Source: Raja brachyura (Eukaryota). From it: a DNA stretch of 64,000 bases. Under the pieces are notes generated by a model. It was not told where the DNA came from and did no database searches. It was given only the letters and a program-made list of their open reading frames with translations. The translations under genes were made by a program, and so were the position numbers. Positions 60,919-64,000 of the stretch are shown here, one piece after another. How positions within the stretch are numbered: the first letter of the stretch is position 1; every line of letters starts with the position of its first letter. Location: positions 42,160,001 to 42,224,000 of the forward strand of contig OY740805.1 in NCBI GenBank assembly GCA_963514005.1, in the 5' to 3' direction.

Positions 60919-61897
60919 TGTAATGTAGGAGTGCAGTAACATAGTTCCTTGAAAGTGGCGTCACAGGTAGATAGTGTGCTCATAAAGCGTTTCAGCACGT
61001 TGGCCTTCATCAGTCACAGTATTGAGTATAGAAGTTGGGAGGTCACGTTGCGGATATATAAGACGTTGGTGATGCCACATTTGGAGTGTTGTGTTCAGTT
61101 CTGGCACCACGTTATAGGAAATACGTTGTCAAGCTGTAAAGGGTACAGATAAGATTCACGAGGATGTTGCCAGGACTCAAGGGCCTGAGCTATAGGGAGA
61201 GGGTGAGCAGGCTAGGACTTTATTCCTCGTAGCGCAGGAGGATGAGGGGTGATCAGAAAGAGGTGTACAGTATTGTGAGAGGAATAGATCGGGTAAACGC
61301 ACAGAGTCTCGTCCCCAGAGTAGGGGAATCAACAATCATAGGATTAAAGTAAGGGGGGGGGGGGGGGGGTAGGAGTAGAGTTAACAGGAACCAGAGAGGG
61401 AACTCTTTTACACAAAGGGTGGTGGGTATATGGAACAAGCTGTTGGAAGAGGTGGTTGAGGCAGAAGTGGATACAATTATGACAGGCATAGAACAGGTGG
61501 ATAGTCAGAACCTTTTTCCCCAGGGTGAAAATAATCAAAGACTCGAGGACATAGCTTTCAGGTGAGAGGGGCAAAGGTTAAAGGATTTGTGCGGGACAAG
61601 TGTTTTTCCCAGTGCGGGGAGCACCTGGAATGTGCTGCCAGGGGTGGTGGTGGAGGGAGATACGATAGTGGCATTTTAGATAGACACCTGGATATACAGG
61701 GAATGGAGGGATATGGATTATGTGCAGGCAGATAAGAGCTGGTCTTCGCAACATTTTCTGTACAGATATTGTGGGCCGAATGGCCTGTTCTTGTGATGTA
61801 CTGTTCTACGTTATATTGAACCATTCATGATCTGCGCTTTAGCTGACATAACACACACCAGATAGTTTTACTGAATTGTACATCGGCCTGTACTTAC

Positions 61898-61924
61898 CAT
61901 AATATCGTTCCATTTCCTCGTATC
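61898..61924 (-). CDS. Butyrophilin 27-nt mini-exon, right-arm paralog
   Basis: Identical 27 nt to 33368-33394. gtgcAG acceptor and consensus GTAAGT donor. Confidence 0.6.
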
Positions 61925-63099
61925 CTGCACAAAACAGAAATATTTCACATTTTCACTGCAACTAAAATTGGAAATAAAATAATGACAGCGGGAGCAAGGA
62001 ACAAAGAGAGGGGGGCACAGTGACGCAGCTCTTCACAGCTACAGGGACCTGGGTTCAATCCTGAATTTGAACAGCTAGATACCAAATTGTACAGCAGAAC
62101 CAAGAAGGTAATAATCTCTGGATTGCTGCTTGAGCCGAGAGCAAATTAGCACAGAGTTGAGAGGATTAGAGAGTTGAACGCGTGGATCAAAGACTGAAGT
62201 GGAAGGTGTGGATTTGAATCTGTGGGACATTGGCCCCAGTATTGGGGAAGGAGGGAAGTGTTCCGACGGGATGGACTTCACTTGAACCCGGCTGGGACCA
62301 GACTCCACTTGAACCCGGCTGGGACCAGACTCTACTTGAACCCGGCTGGGACCAGACTCCACTTGAACCCGGCCGCGACCAGACTGCTGGTAAACCGTAT
62401 AACTAGGGCAGACACAAAATGCTGGAGTTACTCAGCGATACAGGCAGCATCGCTGAAGATAAAGAATGGGTCTCAGGTCGATATAACTAGGGCAGCAGAT
62501 AAAGTAAACGTACGTGTACGTGTGTGTGTGTGTGTGTACGTGTGTGTACGTGTACGTGTGTGTGTGTGTGTGTGTGTGCCTTCTTCACAGTAGAAGACAC
62601 ATGTCTTAAATGCAAGAGATCAGGGGATGGAAGTTAGTGGAGTGGCTATTACGAAGGAGAAGGTGCTTGGGAAGCTGAAATGGCTGAAGGTGGATACGTC
62701 ACCTGGATTGGATAGACTGTACCCCAGGGTTCTGAAAGAGGTGGCTTTAGAGATTGTGGACGCATTAATGCATAGATAGCATCTGTGATATTTCAAGCAT
62801 CACTAGAGTCAGGAGTGGTTCCAGATGATTGGAAATTTGCCAATATTACCCCGCTGTACAAGAAGGGAGCAAAGCAGAATATTGGGAACTAGAGGCCGGT
62901 TAGTCTGACTTTGGTAGTTGGTAAGATTTCAGAATCCATTATAAAGGCTGAGATTACGGAGAACTTGGTTCATGATAAAATAGGTCAAAGTCAGCACTGT
63001 TTTGTGAAGGGGAGATCTTGCCTGACGAATCTGCAGGAATACTTTGCAGAAGTAAACAGCAGGACAGACAAAGGAGAGTTTGTAGATGTTGTTTATCTA

Positions 63100-64000
63100 T
63101 TTATCATATTTAACACCTCGCTGAACCAGGCGGTCGTCCCATTATGTTTCAAGACTGCCACCATCATACCTGTGCCAAAAAATCCAACATACAATGTCTC
63201 AATGACTACCGCCCTGTAGCACTCACCCCCATAATGATGAAGTGCTTCGAGAGGCTGGTCAGGGACCACATCACCTCCAGACTCCCCTCCACACTCGACC
63301 CATACCAGTTTGCTTACAGGCCAAACCGCTCCACAGAGGACGCTATATCCTCCGTGCTCCATCTGAGCCTGGAACATTTAGAGGAGAAAAACACCTATGT
63401 GCGAATGCTGTTCGTGGATTCCAGTTCAGCATTCAACACCATTATCCCCCAGCACCTGATAAGCAAACTGGTTCCATTGGGCCTCGGCACCCCCATGTGT
63501 AACTGGCTACTGGACTTCCTCACTGACAGACCTCAGTCTGTGAGGGTTGGAAATAACACCTCCAATACCATCTCTCTAAGCACCGGCTCCCCTCAGGGCT
63601 GCGTCCTGAGTCCACTGCTGTTCACCCTGATGACTCACGACTGTTGTGCCAGGTTTAGTACAAACCACATCATGAAGTACGCAGATGACACAACAGTGGT
63701 GGGCCTCATCAGGGACGACAATGAGCTGGCTTACAGGGAGGAGGTGAAACAACTGGTGGACTGGTGCAATACGAACAACCTGATCCTGAATGTCGAGAAA
63801 ACAAAGGAGATTATCGTCGACTTCAGGAAAACCCGGCACAGTCCCACACCACTTCACATCAATGACAGCGATGTGGAGGTGGTCAGTAGCACAAAGTTCC
63901 TGGGGGTGCAGGTCACTAACAGTCTGACCTGGTCGACTAACATCTCATCAACTGTTAAGAGAGCGCAGCAGCGGTTGCACTTTCTGCGCAGGATGAGAAG
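63100..64000 (+). mobile_element. Rex1/Babar LINE RT region, right arm only, runs off the window
   Basis: [50 protein letters not shown] and [12 protein letters not shown] motifs. It interrupts a CR1 that is continuous in the left arm at 30112. Confidence 0.9.

Larger units (their letters stand above)
50294..63099 (-). repeat. Right arm of the large inverted segmental duplication
   Basis: Reverse complement of 30112-47238. It lacks the 30814-32552 CR1 and the ~44241-46684 segment. Confidence 0.93.

Overview
Repeat-dense vertebrate genomic DNA. HE1-type V-SINEs, abundant CR1 LINEs and Penelope fragments suggest a cartilaginous fish such as a skate or ray (inference). (1) 1-33.4 kb is a decaying butyrophilin (BTN/B7-family) locus. 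It holds an orphan intact IgC exon on the minus strand. On the plus strand it holds a TM exon, a frameshifted IgV, a CR1-disrupted IgC, an intact 348-bp IgV, a frameshifted IgC, a second TM exon and two 27-nt cytoplasmic mini-exons. No signal-peptide or B30.2 exon was found. Upstream of the plus-strand exons is a frameshifted TDP2-like first exon (UBA domain) behind ~15 tandem GTCACGTGAC (E-box/CLEAR) units. Read from its ATG, this exon ends in phase 1, the phase of all the BTN exons, so a TDP2-promoter-driven chimeric BTN transcript is possible but untested. (2) ~30.1-63.1 kb is a large inverted segmental duplication. The arms are ~30112-47238 and ~50294-63099, about 96-97% identical in one manual spot check, and probably continue beyond the window. 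Each arm carries a structurally complete but coding-degenerate DIRS1 tyrosine-recombinase retrotransposon, Harbinger-like MITEs, a BTN mini-exon and VNTRs that differ in copy number. The arms also differ by arm-specific LINE insertions and deletions. The ~3-kb unique spacer has C-rich tracts and a GC-rich exon-like ORF running into a 39-bp (13-aa) minisatellite. Most long ORFs in the ORF track are LINE remnants or stop-free tandem repeats. Family assignments come from motif recognition, not database searches.
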